This document shows, piece by piece, positions 1 to 10,412 of a DNA stretch of 32,000 bases; position 1 is the stretch's first letter, and every line of letters starts with the position of its first letter. The stretch covers positions 1,980,001 through 2,012,000 of the forward strand of contig NC_006576.1 in the NCBI RefSeq assembly GCF_000010065.1. The letters are read 5' to 3'. The position numbers were made by a program, and so were the translations under genes. Below the pieces are notes generated by a model that saw nothing but the letters and a program-made list of their open reading frames with translations, was not told the DNA's origin and made no database searches. This DNA is from Synechococcus elongatus PCC 6301. Lineage in GTDB: Bacteria > Cyanobacteriota > Cyanobacteriia > Synechococcales > Synechococcaceae.

Positions 1-2
1 TT

Positions 3-956
3 CTCTACAACGGCCCGAATCCACAGCCTCAATACCCGCTGCCTCCGCTACAGGCAGGAGCATCACCGGTCTTGATCACACGGGCCTGTGTGGAACAGTT
101 GGCCACACCACTGTTTTTAATTGATGCTGGCCTCACGCAACCACTCCCAGTCCCTGCAATTCGCCTCAACAGTCAGCCAGCTCGCTGCCTCAGTACGGGG
201 CAGGCCATGCCGATCGCGATCGCTCAACAACTGTTCCAGCAAGGACAAGCCCACGGGGCTGCGATCGCGGCTCAACATCCCGATCGCTGGTTGGTTCTCG
301 GGGAATGCGTCGTCGGTGGCACCAGTACGGCCTTGGCATTGCTGTTGGCTTTAGGCATTGAAGCGGCAGGCTGTGTTAGTAGCAGCCATCCCACTTGTAA
401 CCACGGGCAAAAATTAGCTCTCGTGCAGCAGGGTCTAGCGGCAATTCCCGATCGCCCAGCGCGATCACCTCTAGAGCTGGCAGCAGCAATCGCTGATCCC
501 ATGTTGATTGCGGCGGCAGGAATGGCCATGGCCGTCAGTCAGACCCAGTCAGTGCTCTTGGCTGGCGGTACTCAAATGCTGGCCGCTTACGCCTTGATGG
601 CTGCAATCGCCCAGACTGGTGTGGCATGGCAACCCGATCGCATTGCGGTGGGAACAACTCGCTGGGTGATGGTCGATCCGAGTGCTCAGGTGGCACAGTT
701 AGGCCCCGCGATCGCTTCACGATTCGGTTGGGAACCGTTATTGCTCTCCACCCAGCTCAACTTCCAGCGATCGCGTCATGCTCAGCTGCAGGTCTATGAG
801 CAGGGGTTTGTCAAAGAAGGGGTGGCTGCAGGAGGCATGGCGATCGCAGCTAGCTTGGCCACTGGTGCCAGTGTCGAAACCCTCAGGCAGTGGGTTGATG
901 ACTTGGGCGATCGCGCAATCGCGGCTAGCGGTATTGCAAGTGCGGTGACTGATTGA
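3..956 (+). CDS. CobT-like nicotinate-nucleotide-dimethylbenzimidazole phosphoribosyltransferase family protein (5' truncated by window edge)
   Basis: Frame is open from base 3 without a stop (LYNGPNPQPQYPLPPLQAGASPVLITRACVEQLATPLFLIDAGL...), so the track start at 72 is artificial. Gly/Ala-rich segments such as GQAHGAAIAAQHPDRWLVLGECVVGGTSTALALLLALG and VLLAGGTQMLAAYAL resemble the archaeal/cyanobacterial CobT-like family. Confidence 0.75.
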   Translation, partial: LYNGPNPQPQYPLPPLQAGASPVLITRACVEQLATPLFLIDAGLTQPLPVPAIRLNSQPARCLSTGQAMPIAIAQQLFQQGQAHGAAIAAQHPDRWLVLGECVVGGTSTALALLLALGIEAAGCVSSSHPTCNHGQKLALVQQGLAAIPDRPARSPLELAAAIADPMLIAAAGMAMAVSQTQSVLLAGGTQMLAAYALMAAIAQTGVAWQPDRIAVGTTRWVMVDPSAQVAQLGPAIASRFGWEPLLLSTQLNFQRSRHAQLQVYEQGFVKEGVAAGGMAIAASLATGASVETLRQWVDDLGDRAIAASGIASAVTD

Positions 957-1182
957 GCACTTGTTCTTCGAGGGCAGCAATGCGGCCGTAGGCAGCGATG
1001 AGCTGAGCATGCAGCCGCTGAACTTGCGAATCCGCATCGGGGCTGGTCTCGGATGCGGCAGGGGCAGTAGCCAAGGTCGGTTGGCGCTGCTGCAACACAT
1101 GTTGGTGAAGCTCGCTCAAGACCAACCACTGGCGATCGAGTTGAGCTTGCAAGGCCTGAATTTGAGATTCCAGATCGGTCAT
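925..1182 (-). CDS. small coiled-coil hypothetical protein (85 aa)
   Basis: ATG start, heptad-like MTDLESQIQALQAQLDRQWLVLSELHQHVL; ends convergently inside the 3' end of the cobT-like gene. Confidence 0.5.
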   Translation of the reverse strand: MTDLESQIQALQAQLDRQWLVLSELHQHVLQQRQPTLATAPAASETSPDADSQVQRLHAQLIAAYGRIAALEEQVLNQSPHLQYR

Positions 1183-1333
1183 GTGGGCTGGAGCAACGGC
1201 ACTTCGGTCATCTTAGGAATCAGAAGCAAGGGAACCAGCGTTGATCCCAAAGACTTAACCTTCAGGCGGTCGCTGTAGCATGACCGAGGGGTTCGCCTAG
1301 GCCAACTGGATATTTCTGAGTCGTCGCCGTTTT

Positions 1334-2374
1334 TTGCAAGCCAGTGTGGGTCTGCCGGGCCTAGCACTGGCAGGCTGCCGCTCGGCCGATCTACAACTGC
1401 TGCTGCCGGGTAACACTGTCCCTGCACCCATCCTGCGCCGCTTTCAAGATCGCACTCAGATTACGGTGCAGCTTGATCGCGCGGCGGGCCTGGTCGATAG
1501 CAGTCGTCTATTGCTGACAGAAGACCCTAGCCGCCTGCCCAATCTCTTGGGGATTGGAGATGCTTGGCTCCAGTCTGCGATCGCCTCAGGGCGACTGGCC
1601 CCCTTTAACCCCAATCACTGGCGGCATTGGACCTCGTTGCCTCAACGTTGGCGACAGCAACTGCGGCGCGATCGCCAAGGGGTGCCTAGCGAAGCAGGAG
1701 AGATTTGGGCGGCGCCCTACCGCTGGGGCACCACGATGATTGCCTTTCGCCGCGATCGCTTGACGAGCCCACTCCAAGACTGGACAGATCTGTGGCGGCC
1801 CGAACTGCGTGGCCAGCTGATCTTGCCAGATGATCCTCGCGAAGTAATTGGTCTGACGCTCAAACGGTTGGGCTGGAGCTATAACCAAGCTAATTTGGCG
1901 GAGATTCCCCAACTCGAACCTTTGCTGGCAGCCTTACAGCAACAGGTCAAGCTCTACAGCTCCCGCAACTATTTGCAGCCGTTGTTACTCGGTGATGCTC
2001 TGGCTGCAGTGGGTTGGTCGGCCGATATTTTGGCTGCCCTCCGCCGAGATTCTCGCTTGGCTGCTGTTGTCCCGCGATCGGGCACTGCCATTTGGCTGGA
2101 TCTGTGGGTGCAACCCCAAGGGCGGGTGAGTGAAGTCTTTAGCGATCGCTGGATTGATTTTGGCTGGGCACCGACGATCGCAACTCAGTTTTCGCAACTG
2201 GGGCCGGCAGCCTCCCCGGCGATCCTGACTGCTGCAGCCGTCGCCCCTGTTGATGCCAATCCTCTCCAGATTCCACCCACGGCTGTGCTGGACAAAAGCG
2301 AATTGATCCTGCCCCTGCCGGAGGCCGTGCGCGATCGCTATCTGGCGCTTTGGCAAACCATGCGCCAGGGTTGA
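1334..2374 (+). CDS. extracellular solute-binding protein (spermidine/putrescine-type), Tat + lipobox signal
   Basis: 346 aa; periplasmic binding protein-like segments (WAAPYRWGTTMIAFRRD, WTDLWRPELRGQLILPDDPREVIGLTLKRLG). Codons immediately upstream in frame give SRRRFLQASVGLPGLALAGC, so the true start is upstream of 1334, between 1301 and 1321. Confidence 0.75.
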   Translation: MQASVGLPGLALAGCRSADLQLLLPGNTVPAPILRRFQDRTQITVQLDRAAGLVDSSRLLLTEDPSRLPNLLGIGDAWLQSAIASGRLAPFNPNHWRHWTSLPQRWRQQLRRDRQGVPSEAGEIWAAPYRWGTTMIAFRRDRLTSPLQDWTDLWRPELRGQLILPDDPREVIGLTLKRLGWSYNQANLAEIPQLEPLLAALQQQVKLYSSRNYLQPLLLGDALAAVGWSADILAALRRDSRLAAVVPRSGTAIWLDLWVQPQGRVSEVFSDRWIDFGWAPTIATQFSQLGPAASPAILTAAAVAPVDANPLQIPPTAVLDKSELILPLPEAVRDRYLALWQTMRQG

Positions 2375-2403
2375 TCAAACGGCTTAGAACAGCAGGGTTC
2401 TGA

Positions 2404-3744
2404 TTAGCGATCGCGGTGTAGGAACGGTTTGGCTTGGGCGCCACTGTAGGTTGCGGCAATCTGTCCATCACCGCTGAGGACGTACTTGTAGGTCACCAGC
2501 CCTTCTAAGCCTACGGGACCCCGGGGCGGCAATTTTTGGGTGCTAATGCCGACTTCTGCGCCAAAACCATAGCGAAAGCCATCGGCAAAGCGGGTGGAGC
2601 AGTTGTGATACACACCAGCACTATCGACTTGGCTGAAGAACTGGGCGGCAGCGGCGGCATCTTCCGTGGCGATCGCATCGGTATGGCCAGAGCCATATTC
2701 ATTGATATGAGCGATCGCGGCATCGAGGCTCGGCACCAGTCGCACTGCCAGAACTAAATCGCTGTACTCAGTTCGCCAATCCTCTTCTGTGGCAGCCTCC
2801 ATCGGCACAATCGTCTGAGCTGCCGCGTCACCCCGCAGACTGACACCTTTCTCGTGCAGTGCCGCCGCAACAACCGGTAGAAATTGAGGGGCGATCGCCT
2901 CATGAATCAGCAGGGTTTCGATCGCGTTACAAGCGGCTGGGTACTGGGTTTTGGCGTCAACGGTAATCGTCACCGTTTTCTCAATCGCGGCCGCTTGGTC
3001 AACGTAGAGATGGCAAATGCCATCGGCATGACCCAGGACCGGAATGTGGGTGTTGTCTTGGACAAAGCGCACAAAACTGTTGGAGCCGCGTGGAATGATC
3101 AGATCGACATAGCGATCGAGCTTAAGCAGCGCCAGAGTTTCTTCGCGGCTGGTCAGCAAGCGGATGGCCTCGACAGGTGCCTGCTGCTCGGCCAGGGCTT
3201 GGGCAATCGCGGCCACGATCGCTTGGCAGGAGCAAATGGCCTCCCGGCCGCCCTTGAGAATGGCACCATTGCCAGATTTGATCGCCAGCGACGCAATTTG
3301 AATCACCGCATCGGGACGGGCCTCAAAGATGACGCCCAAAACGCCGACAGGACAGGTCAACCGTTGCAGGATTAGGCCTTCGTCCAACTCGCGATCAATC
3401 TGGATTTGCCCCAACGGATCGGGCAACTGTGCTAGGTCCCGCACCCCGGCGATCGCAGCTGCAAGCTTGTCTGCATCGAGCTTGAGACGAGCATAGAGAG
3501 CCGGAGCAATGCCCTCAGTGGTCGCGGCTTCACAGTCCGCTTGATTGGCCGCTAAAATGCGCGGGGCTTCCTGCTCGAGCGTGGTAGCAATGGCAGACAA
3601 CAACCGCTGGCGATCGGCGCCGCTCCACTGGGCGAGCTGCCGCGCTGCCGCACGGGTCGCCTGGGCCTGAACTTCAAGATCGACGGAGAGAGTAGCCACA
3701 GCAGGAGGGGGACGGGTAACAAAAAAGACTGGCGGATCAACCAA
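2404..3744 (-). CDS. proA: gamma-glutamyl phosphate reductase (glutamate-5-semialdehyde dehydrogenase)
   Basis: Conserved ProA motifs: [103 protein letters not shown]. Actual start probably the in-frame GTG at 3699. Confidence 0.95.
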   Translation of the reverse strand: MVDPPVFFVTRPPPAVATLSVDLEVQAQATRAAARQLAQWSGADRQRLLSAIATTLEQEAPRILAANQADCEAATTEGIAPALYARLKLDADKLAAAIAGVRDLAQLPDPLGQIQIDRELDEGLILQRLTCPVGVLGVIFEARPDAVIQIASLAIKSGNGAILKGGREAICSCQAIVAAIAQALAEQQAPVEAIRLLTSREETLALLKLDRYVDLIIPRGSNSFVRFVQDNTHIPVLGHADGICHLYVDQAAAIEKTVTITVDAKTQYPAACNAIETLLIHEAIAPQFLPVVAAALHEKGVSLRGDAAAQTIVPMEAATEEDWRTEYSDLVLAVRLVPSLDAAIAHINEYGSGHTDAIATEDAAAAAQFFSQVDSAGVYHNCSTRFADGFRYGFGAEVGISTQKLPPRGPVGLEGLVTYKYVLSGDGQIAATYSGAQAKPFLHRDR

Positions 3745-4098
3745 GAGCGATCGCTATCCGCCTCAGCTCAATCCTTGATCCAGCCTATCAAGTGCAGCCC
3801 CTTGGCTGATCCCTACCGCGATCCCAGACCAGCCAACAGACAGCAGCGACTGTGTTGACCAGAGAGATTCGGACGGTTTTTGACTGAACTGATTCGCTGC
3901 CTAACTCCCGTGGTCAACACTGGCCAAGTTCTACCTGCAGCGATCGCCGAGACTGCTATGAAGTTTTGTTGCTAGATTCAGTTCCAGCACAGGGCAGAGT
4001 TAGTGAAATTGCTTCAGATTGTCAGCTCTTGCTGACCTCGTCGATCCGCGGCCTAGAATAAAGGGGCTAAGTACAAATACTTGAGGTCAGCAGTCGTT

Positions 4099-4374
4099 AT
4101 GACGGCAAGTGGTGAATTTCCCGTCAGCGGTGCGCTTTCTGAGCGCGAGCTCCAAATCGTGGATCTCGTGGCGGCTGGGCTGACGAATCAGGAAATTGCC
4201 ACGCGGCTGGATATCAGCAAGCGGACGGTCGACAACCACATCAGCAACATCCTCACCAAAACCGGGACCGACAATCGGGTTGCCTTGGTGCGCTGGGCCT
4301 TGCAATGGGGTAAAGTCTGCCTCGATCAGGTCAATTGCTGCATTCTGCCCGATCGCGATGTGGCGGCCTCCTAG
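4099..4374 (+). CDS. small LuxR/FixJ-type HTH transcriptional regulator, PedR-like (redox-responsive)
   Basis: LSERELQIVDLVAAGLTNQEIATRLDISKRTVDNHISNILTKTGTDNRVALVRWA is a full LuxR HTH with no receiver domain; size and Cys-containing tail match cyanobacterial PedR. ORF track opens at 4081; ATG at 4099 gives MTASGEFPVSGALSERE. Confidence 0.85.
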   Translation: MTASGEFPVSGALSERELQIVDLVAAGLTNQEIATRLDISKRTVDNHISNILTKTGTDNRVALVRWALQWGKVCLDQVNCCILPDRDVAAS

Positions 4375-4486
4375 ATTGCGATTGCGCTAATCCAATCTGA
4401 CGTTCTGCTGCTCCGGCACGCCCGTTTCAGACCATGCTGGAAAGGGTTCCTGTTGGGAACACGCCTCCCCTGATCACCGAGAAACG

Positions 4487-5794
4487 ATGGCTAGCTTGCA
4501 AGCTCTGCGGGGCACCCGCGATATTCTGCCGCCCGAAACTCAAGTTTGGCAGTGGATTGAACAAACCGCTCGCGAGATTCTCGGGCGAGCTGCCGTGCAG
4601 GAAGTTCGCACACCGATCTTCGAACAGACGGCGCTGTTTGAACGCGGCATTGGCGAAGCCACCGATGTGGTTGGCAAGGAGATGTACAGTTTCCGCGATC
4701 GCGGCGATCGCTCCTTGACGCTGCGTCCCGAAGGCACGGCCGGCACTGTGCGGGCTTACATCGAGCATGGTTTAGCCAGCCAAGGTGGCGTGCAACGGCT
4801 GCGGTACACCGGCCCGATGTTCCGCTACGAGCGCCCCCAAGCGGGCCGCCAACGCCAGTTTCATCAACTGGGCTTGGAGCTTTTGGGGACGGCGGATGCT
4901 CGGGCGGATGCGGAAGCGATCGCCTTGGCGACTCAGATTTTGCAAGCACTGGGTCTGAAAAATCTGCGGCTTGATCTCAACTCTGTCGGGGATGCCTGTG
5001 ATCGCGCGGCCTACCGGCAAGCCTTGGTTGACTACCTGACACCCTATGCAGCTGATCTCGATCCCGATTCCCGCGATCGCTTGGAACGGAATCCGCTGCG
5101 GATTCTTGACAGCAAAGATGAGCGGACTCAGGCGATTGTGGCGGAAGCCCCCAGTCTGCACGACTACCTCAGCGAGCGATCGCGGCAACTCTTTGAGCAA
5201 GTCCAGCAACTGCTGACCCATCTCGGGATCGACTATCGGCTGGAACCCAAGCTGGTGCGCGGCTTGGACTACTACACCCACACGGCTTTTGAAATCATCT
5301 CCTCGGATCTAGGAGCGCAAGCAACGGTCTGTGGGGGTGGCCGCTATGACGGCCTGGTCTCACAACTTGGCGGGCCAGAAACACCGGCGGTGGGCTGGGC
5401 GATGGGGCTCGAGCGGCTGGTGTTGCTGCTTCAACAAGGCCAGGCAGTACCACCGGCAACTCTGGATTTTTATCTCGTCTCGCGGGGGGCGATCGCAGAA
5501 GGGCAGGCGTTGATTCTGGCGCAGAAACTGCGAAGTGCGGGCTTTGGCGTGGAGCTCGATCTCAGCGGCAGTGCCTTTGGCAAACAGTTCAAACGGGCCG
5601 ATCGCAGTGGGGCGATCGCTTGTTTAGTGCTGGGTGATGCGGAAGCGGAACAGGGGCAGGTCAATCTTAAGTGGCTGCAGAGCGGCGAGCAGCAAACCCT
5701 TGATCAATCGGAGTTATTGCAAGATTCCGATCACTGGCGATCGCGCCTCCAAGCGGCACGGACAGTATCGCCGGTTGAGGTTGCGCCCTTATGA
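4487..5794 (+). CDS. hisS: histidyl-tRNA synthetase
   Basis: [92 protein letters not shown]. Confidence 0.97.
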   Translation: MASLQALRGTRDILPPETQVWQWIEQTAREILGRAAVQEVRTPIFEQTALFERGIGEATDVVGKEMYSFRDRGDRSLTLRPEGTAGTVRAYIEHGLASQGGVQRLRYTGPMFRYERPQAGRQRQFHQLGLELLGTADARADAEAIALATQILQALGLKNLRLDLNSVGDACDRAAYRQALVDYLTPYAADLDPDSRDRLERNPLRILDSKDERTQAIVAEAPSLHDYLSERSRQLFEQVQQLLTHLGIDYRLEPKLVRGLDYYTHTAFEIISSDLGAQATVCGGGRYDGLVSQLGGPETPAVGWAMGLERLVLLLQQGQAVPPATLDFYLVSRGAIAEGQALILAQKLRSAGFGVELDLSGSAFGKQFKRADRSGAIACLVLGDAEAEQGQVNLKWLQSGEQQTLDQSELLQDSDHWRSRLQAARTVSPVEVAPL

Positions 5795-5831
5795 TGATCG
5801 GCAAGCAGGCCGCAGGCTTTGAGCAACCGGA

Positions 5832-7241
5832 ATGGCAGAGGATCAATGGATATTGCAGCAAGAAGGGGATGACTACCCGCTAACGCTGGATTCTGCTGAG
5901 CTAGAAATCCTCGAGGGACGCTATCGGCTCGATCGGCAAGGACCTGAGCTCAATCAGGTGTTGCCGGTTCGTATTGTCTACGTCGATCTGGAGGCTGATC
6001 CGCCCCAACGGCGAGTCTATCGCCAGGATCGCGACAGTGATGAACAAGGCTGGGTCTGGATTTTTCCCTACACTTACCTTAAGCCAGGGCTCTGGGAAAT
6101 TCACTGTGGCGATCGCACGGTCAGTCTTCGGGTCTTACAGCGAGAATCTGGGGCGCTAGAAGCAGACCCCGACTGGTTGCAGCCAGAACCTGAGCTGCCG
6201 CAACTGCGCATTTTGCTGCGTCAAGATCGACTGCTGCTCCAGCCGGGAGAATTGCTAACCCTCAGCGGTGAGGTGCAGGTAATTCCTGCACTCCCTCAAC
6301 GCCATTGGCCGACGCAAGCGGAGCTGGTGATCACGCTTCAAACCAGCGATCGCCCCGACCAAATCCGACCAATGGCCCGCGAGTTACTCGAGCTGGCGAC
6401 CTTTCCCCTCGCCTTTAGCCTGCCTCTGCAGCTGCCCCATGACTGGACCGATCGCGACTGTCAGGGCATGGTGAAGCTCACTTGGCAACAGCAGCAAGCG
6501 ATCGCTCACTTCAGTGTGATTTGCCCTGAGCCGATCGCGCCTCTACCTGCACCCAACGAGGTAGTGCCAGAGCCAGTCTCACCACCTGAACCCCCGCTAC
6601 CAGAAGGTGGCCAGCGCAGTGGCCCCCACTTACCCTCCTTCATCAAGCCGCCGCCAGAATCGGCTGCCGCGCCCTCCATTCCTGAGCCTCCAGCGTCACC
6701 TCAACCGCCTGCCTTGCCACCGCGGCTCAATCTGGCCTTTCTCAACCGGCTGGGATCGCTGATTGAAAAAGTGGAGGAAGAGCGTCAAACCCAGCCTTTG
6801 GCCGCCCACGCCGGCCTGCCACTCCCCAGTCCCCAGGGTGAGCGCCTCGATCCCAGCTTGGCCGAACCACAGTTGGCAGAGCCTTTTCAGCGCCCTGCGA
6901 TCGCGATTCCGGTGCCGGAGCTGCAGCTCCTAGCGCTGCCCCAACCGACGGCTACCCATCTGGAGGTCCAAATCCGCTTACCCGTTTCATCCCTGCGTTT
7001 GGCGGTCAAGCTCTGGCTTTACGACGGGCAGAGTCGCCGCCGCGCGAGTCCCCTCTGTTTGGTCACGGATTTTCAGACCCACGATTGCTCGGATCTCCAA
7101 GCCGTCACCCAAGTTCTCCTGCCCTTAAACCGCAATCTGCTACAACTGGAGGCGATCGCCTTTGACCTGCTCAGTCAACAGGAGAGCCGGAAGGCGGTGC
7201 TGACTCTCAATCTCCCGACGCTGCCTTCAATGGGCCCATGA
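5832..7241 (+). CDS. conserved cyanobacterial hypothetical protein, Pro/Glu-rich central linker
   Basis: 469 aa ORF with ATG start; defined N-terminal domain, Pro-rich linker around residues 225-265, C-terminal domain; ATGA overlap with the next gene. Confidence 0.75.
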   Translation: MAEDQWILQQEGDDYPLTLDSAELEILEGRYRLDRQGPELNQVLPVRIVYVDLEADPPQRRVYRQDRDSDEQGWVWIFPYTYLKPGLWEIHCGDRTVSLRVLQRESGALEADPDWLQPEPELPQLRILLRQDRLLLQPGELLTLSGEVQVIPALPQRHWPTQAELVITLQTSDRPDQIRPMARELLELATFPLAFSLPLQLPHDWTDRDCQGMVKLTWQQQQAIAHFSVICPEPIAPLPAPNEVVPEPVSPPEPPLPEGGQRSGPHLPSFIKPPPESAAAPSIPEPPASPQPPALPPRLNLAFLNRLGSLIEKVEEERQTQPLAAHAGLPLPSPQGERLDPSLAEPQLAEPFQRPAIAIPVPELQLLALPQPTATHLEVQIRLPVSSLRLAVKLWLYDGQSRRRASPLCLVTDFQTHDCSDLQAVTQVLLPLNRNLLQLEAIAFDLLSQQESRKAVLTLNLPTLPSMGP

Positions 7242-7579
7242 CTGACCTCAGTTCCCTGATTGAGACGGCCGACCTGCGTTTGCTGCTCACGACGGTGTCG
7301 ACGGAAGTCGAGGCCCAACAACTGGCACAAGCTGCAGTGGAAGCTGGTTTGGCTGCTTGCGTCAGCATTACGCCGATTCAGTCCTGCTATCGCTGGCAGG
7401 GAGCGATCGCCCGAGAAACAGAACAACAGATGAGCTTTAAAACCACCGTCGAACAGCTTGATGCCCTGCAGCAATGGCTGCAGTCGCAGCATCCCTACGC
7501 CTTGCCAGAATGCTTGGTACTCACCCCGATCGCCAGCAGTGTTGCCTACCGCGATTGGCTGCGTTCGAGCCTCTCCTAA
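7238..7579 (+). CDS. cutA: CutA family divalent-ion tolerance protein
   Basis: LLLTTVSTEVEAQQLAQAAVEAGLAACVSITPIQSCYRWQGAI...LPECLVLTPIASSVAYRDWL is CutA signature; start overlaps the upstream stop by ATGA. Confidence 0.92.
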   Translation: MTDLSSLIETADLRLLLTTVSTEVEAQQLAQAAVEAGLAACVSITPIQSCYRWQGAIARETEQQMSFKTTVEQLDALQQWLQSQHPYALPECLVLTPIASSVAYRDWLRSSLS

Positions 7580-7610
7580 AGCATCTGTTGCTTCTGATAC
7601 ATTGAGAGGA

Positions 7611-7772
7611 ATGACACCTGTTATTTTCGCGACCGTTTCCCCCTCCAGCAGTAGCCCAGCGCCGCTGTCGAGTGCGGTTCCCCAGCCTGGCGAAAGCCAT
7701 TTCTACGGCTTGCTCTTCTTCCTCTTTGCTCTCTGGTTGTTGCCGATTCGGCCCCAACGTCGTCGTAGCTAG
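7611..7772 (+). CDS. small single-pass membrane protein (53 aa)
   Basis: In-frame ATG at 7611 preceded by GAGAGGA; MTPVIFATVSPSSSSPAPLSSAVPQPGESHFYGLLFFLFALWLLPIRPQRRRS has one hydrophobic segment followed by a basic tail. Confidence 0.45.
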   Translation: MTPVIFATVSPSSSSPAPLSSAVPQPGESHFYGLLFFLFALWLLPIRPQRRRS

Positions 7773-7783
7773 GCGCAACTCCC

Positions 7784-8149
7784 ATGCGAGCGATCGTAGC
7801 CTTGTCGATCTTGGTGTTGTTAATGGTGTTGAATCCTGCTGAACTCGAGCAGCAAGGCTGGCTGCGCGTTTGGCAAGAAGGGTCGGCTCAACAATGGCTC
7901 GATCCCCAATCGATTGCTGAACACGCAGGGTTACTGCGCGCTGACAGCCTTTTCTTCCCCGAGGCCGGTGAACCCGTCACCTATCGCAGTCAGTATCGCT
8001 TGGAGGAAGGCGACTATCGCGATTTAGACGCCCAGGGGCAGCCCCTCCATGAATGGCGATCGCTGGCGGATGACCCTTTTAATCAGGCAGTCTTTGAGGC
8101 GGCGAGCCGCTGGGCGCGTACCCACGCCACGCTGGCAGATCCTGCCTGA
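7784..8149 (+). CDS. hypothetical exported or membrane-anchored protein (121 aa)
   Basis: ATG start; N-terminal hydrophobic segment MRAIVALSILVLLMVLNPAELEQ. Confidence 0.65.
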   Translation: MRAIVALSILVLLMVLNPAELEQQGWLRVWQEGSAQQWLDPQSIAEHAGLLRADSLFFPEAGEPVTYRSQYRLEEGDYRDLDAQGQPLHEWRSLADDPFNQAVFEAASRWARTHATLADPA

Positions 8150-8179
8150 GGGATTGGTGAATGTCCTCAGGCGAGTTGC

Positions 8180-8728
8180 CTAAAGCTCAAGCAGCCCTGG
8201 CGGTGGTGTGATTTCAATCCGGCCTTGCGCCAGATCAACCACTGGGACGATCGCCTCCACAAAGGGAATGTAGACCTCGCGCCCATCCGTGAGTTCCACA
8301 ACCAGTAGATCGTTACCCGCGCTGACGACATCGCGAACGATGCCGAGGGGCGTGCTGCTGGCTTGGTCAATCACGCTGAGATCAATCAAATCCAAGACGT
8401 GAAATTCTCCCTCGTCGAGTTCGGGGCGATCGCTGGCAGGTACAAGCAACTCACAACCGCGCAATGCTTCAGCCTGCTCTCGGCTGGTGATTCCGGCCAG
8501 TTGCACGATGTAGAGATTTTTGCCGGCGATCGCGCGCCCGCGCTCCAGCTCCACCACTTCGGGCTCAGTCTGACGGGGTCGACGCAGCCAGCGCGGGCCA
8601 GGAATGAGGAAGCGCTCAGGAAAATCACTGCTCGGGTTGACCCGCATTTCGCCGCGCAGACCTTGGGGGGCCACAATTTGCCCGATCGCCAGCCAAGCGG
8701 TTTCGATGGTTGTTGTTGATTCAGACAT
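8180..8728 (-). CDS. rimM: ribosome maturation factor RimM
   Basis: [78 protein letters not shown]. Confidence 0.93.
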
Positions 8729-8731
8729 GGC

Positions 8732-10015
8732 TTAGGCGGGAATGGGCGCTTGACGATAGATCTGCTGCACAGTGGTGGCGAGGCGTTCCATGCCGGTCTC
8801 CAATTCGTGATCTTCAGCTGCCAAGCTGATCCGCAGACATTGGCGCGTATGGACCCAATCCTCCCGCAGCCCCGGGAAGAAAGAACTCCCTGGCACGACA
8901 ATTACGCCCGCTTGTTTGAGCTGCTGATAGATTTGCCAATCATCTAGGGGGGCTTCTTCTAACCAGAGCCAAGCAAAAATGCCACCTTCTCCTTGGTGCA
9001 AGCGCCAGGGTAAAGAATCCGGCAAGAGGGCATCGAGCTGACGTTCGACTCGGGCAAATTTTGCGGCGTAGTAGGGGCGAATCACGGTTTCTGCGATCGC
9101 CGTCAACTGGCCTGAGGCGATCGCCCGGGCTGCGATTGCTTGGCCATAGCGTGAGGAGTGAATGCAAAGATTGGTCTGGAAGGCTTCCAAGACTTGAATC
9201 ACCGGCTCTGGACCAATGGCGATGCCGAGGCGTTCACCAGGCAGACCCGCCTTCGAGAGGCTGAGGCAGTGAACAATGTTGTCCCCAAAGAAGGGGGTCA
9301 TCTCCGTAAAGTTGAGCCCAGGAAAGGGGGGGGCGTAGGCAGAGTCGACAAACACCGGCACGTTCTGGGCTGCCGCAAGGGTCGCCAGACGCTCTAGTTC
9401 GGCGTCACTGATGACGTTGCCGGTGGGATTGCAGGGCCGCGAAAACAGCAGCATCCCGGTATCGGCGCCAATTTGCAACTGTTCAAAGTCAGGACGGTAT
9501 TTGAAGCGATGATCGCCAATTCGTTCAATCTGTGGTCGAGCCGCAACCACCGCCTGCGGTTCCAGACAGACGCCACCGTAGCCGGTATAGTCGGGGCTAA
9601 GGGGCAAGAGAATTTTGCGAAGGCTGCCATCTTCTGCCCAGCCACCAAAGGCATTGGCCGCCAAGAAGTAGAGAGACTGGCTACCGGGCGTAATCAAAAT
9701 ATTGCGATCGCTAATCGACCAGCCGTAGCGCTGATTGAACTCTTGAATGATGGCGGCGATCAGCGGTTCATAGCCTTGACTGGTGCCGTAGCGACCCACC
9801 ACCTGACCGTATTCAGCACTGCCGAGTAAATCGGCGGTACAGTCGCGCCAGAGCTGCTCCACCTCAGGCAGAACGACGGGATTTCCAGCACTGAGATTGA
9901 TAAAAGTTTGGCCTTGCCCCGATCGCAAGGTCTCAATGATGTCCTTCATGATGGCGCGTACGCCCGTGAGCTGAGACATCTGCCGCCCGTAGCGGCTGAG
10001 CGATTCTAGGGACAT
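8732..10015 (-). CDS. avtA: valine--pyruvate transaminase (PLP-dependent aminotransferase)
   Basis: FINLSAGNPVVLPEVEQLW, FSRPCNPTGNVISDAEL, VDSAYAPPFPGLNF, HCLSLSKAGLPGERLGIAIG. ORF track opens at 10087; in-frame ATG at 10015 gives MSLESLSRYGRQMSQLTGVRAIMKDI. Confidence 0.88.
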   Translation of the reverse strand: MSLESLSRYGRQMSQLTGVRAIMKDIIETLRSGQGQTFINLSAGNPVVLPEVEQLWRDCTADLLGSAEYGQVVGRYGTSQGYEPLIAAIIQEFNQRYGWSISDRNILITPGSQSLYFLAANAFGGWAEDGSLRKILLPLSPDYTGYGGVCLEPQAVVAARPQIERIGDHRFKYRPDFEQLQIGADTGMLLFSRPCNPTGNVISDAELERLATLAAAQNVPVFVDSAYAPPFPGLNFTEMTPFFGDNIVHCLSLSKAGLPGERLGIAIGPEPVIQVLEAFQTNLCIHSSRYGQAIAARAIASGQLTAIAETVIRPYYAAKFARVERQLDALLPDSLPWRLHQGEGGIFAWLWLEEAPLDDWQIYQQLKQAGVIVVPGSSFFPGLREDWVHTRQCLRISLAAEDHELETGMERLATTVQQIYRQAPIPA

Positions 10016-10195
10016 AGCACCAGAGAAATTAGCAAAACTGATTGACTCATCAGCAAGGCTTGCGCCACCGGCAATGGCCAAAAACAACCCGAGCCGTTAG
10101 CCTACTATAGAAGCTGTGACCGAACTGCTGAGCTTCTCAGGTCAGTGTCAGTTTGGTCGCGATCGCAACTGAGTCCTCCCATTCCCCTTTGCGCC

Positions 10196-10363
10196 ATGAT
10201 TTTGCCCGGTGCTGTCGTTCGTGTCACCAACCCTAGCGACATCTATTACGGCTATCAAGGCTATGTGCAACGCCTCAGCCGTGGCAAAGTTGCGGTCTTG
10301 TTTGAAGGCGGTAATTGGGACAAACTCGTCACCTTCCGGCTCTCGGAAGTCGCTCCGGCTTAA
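10196..10363 (+). CDS. ndhS: NDH-1 subunit S (SH3-like)
   Basis: [55 protein letters not shown] is a close NdhS match. Confidence 0.88.
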   Translation: MILPGAVVRVTNPSDIYYGYQGYVQRLSRGKVAVLFEGGNWDKLVTFRLSEVAPA

Positions 10364-10412
10364 CGACAACTCAGCTTGAAACCTTTAGGGTGGCGATCAC
10401 GTCCATCCAACG

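Noticed and set aside
2884-3375. 163-aa plus-strand ORF antisense to proA
   Set aside because: Antisense of a conserved gene with no recognisable domain; the reading frame is a by-product of GC-rich codon usage.
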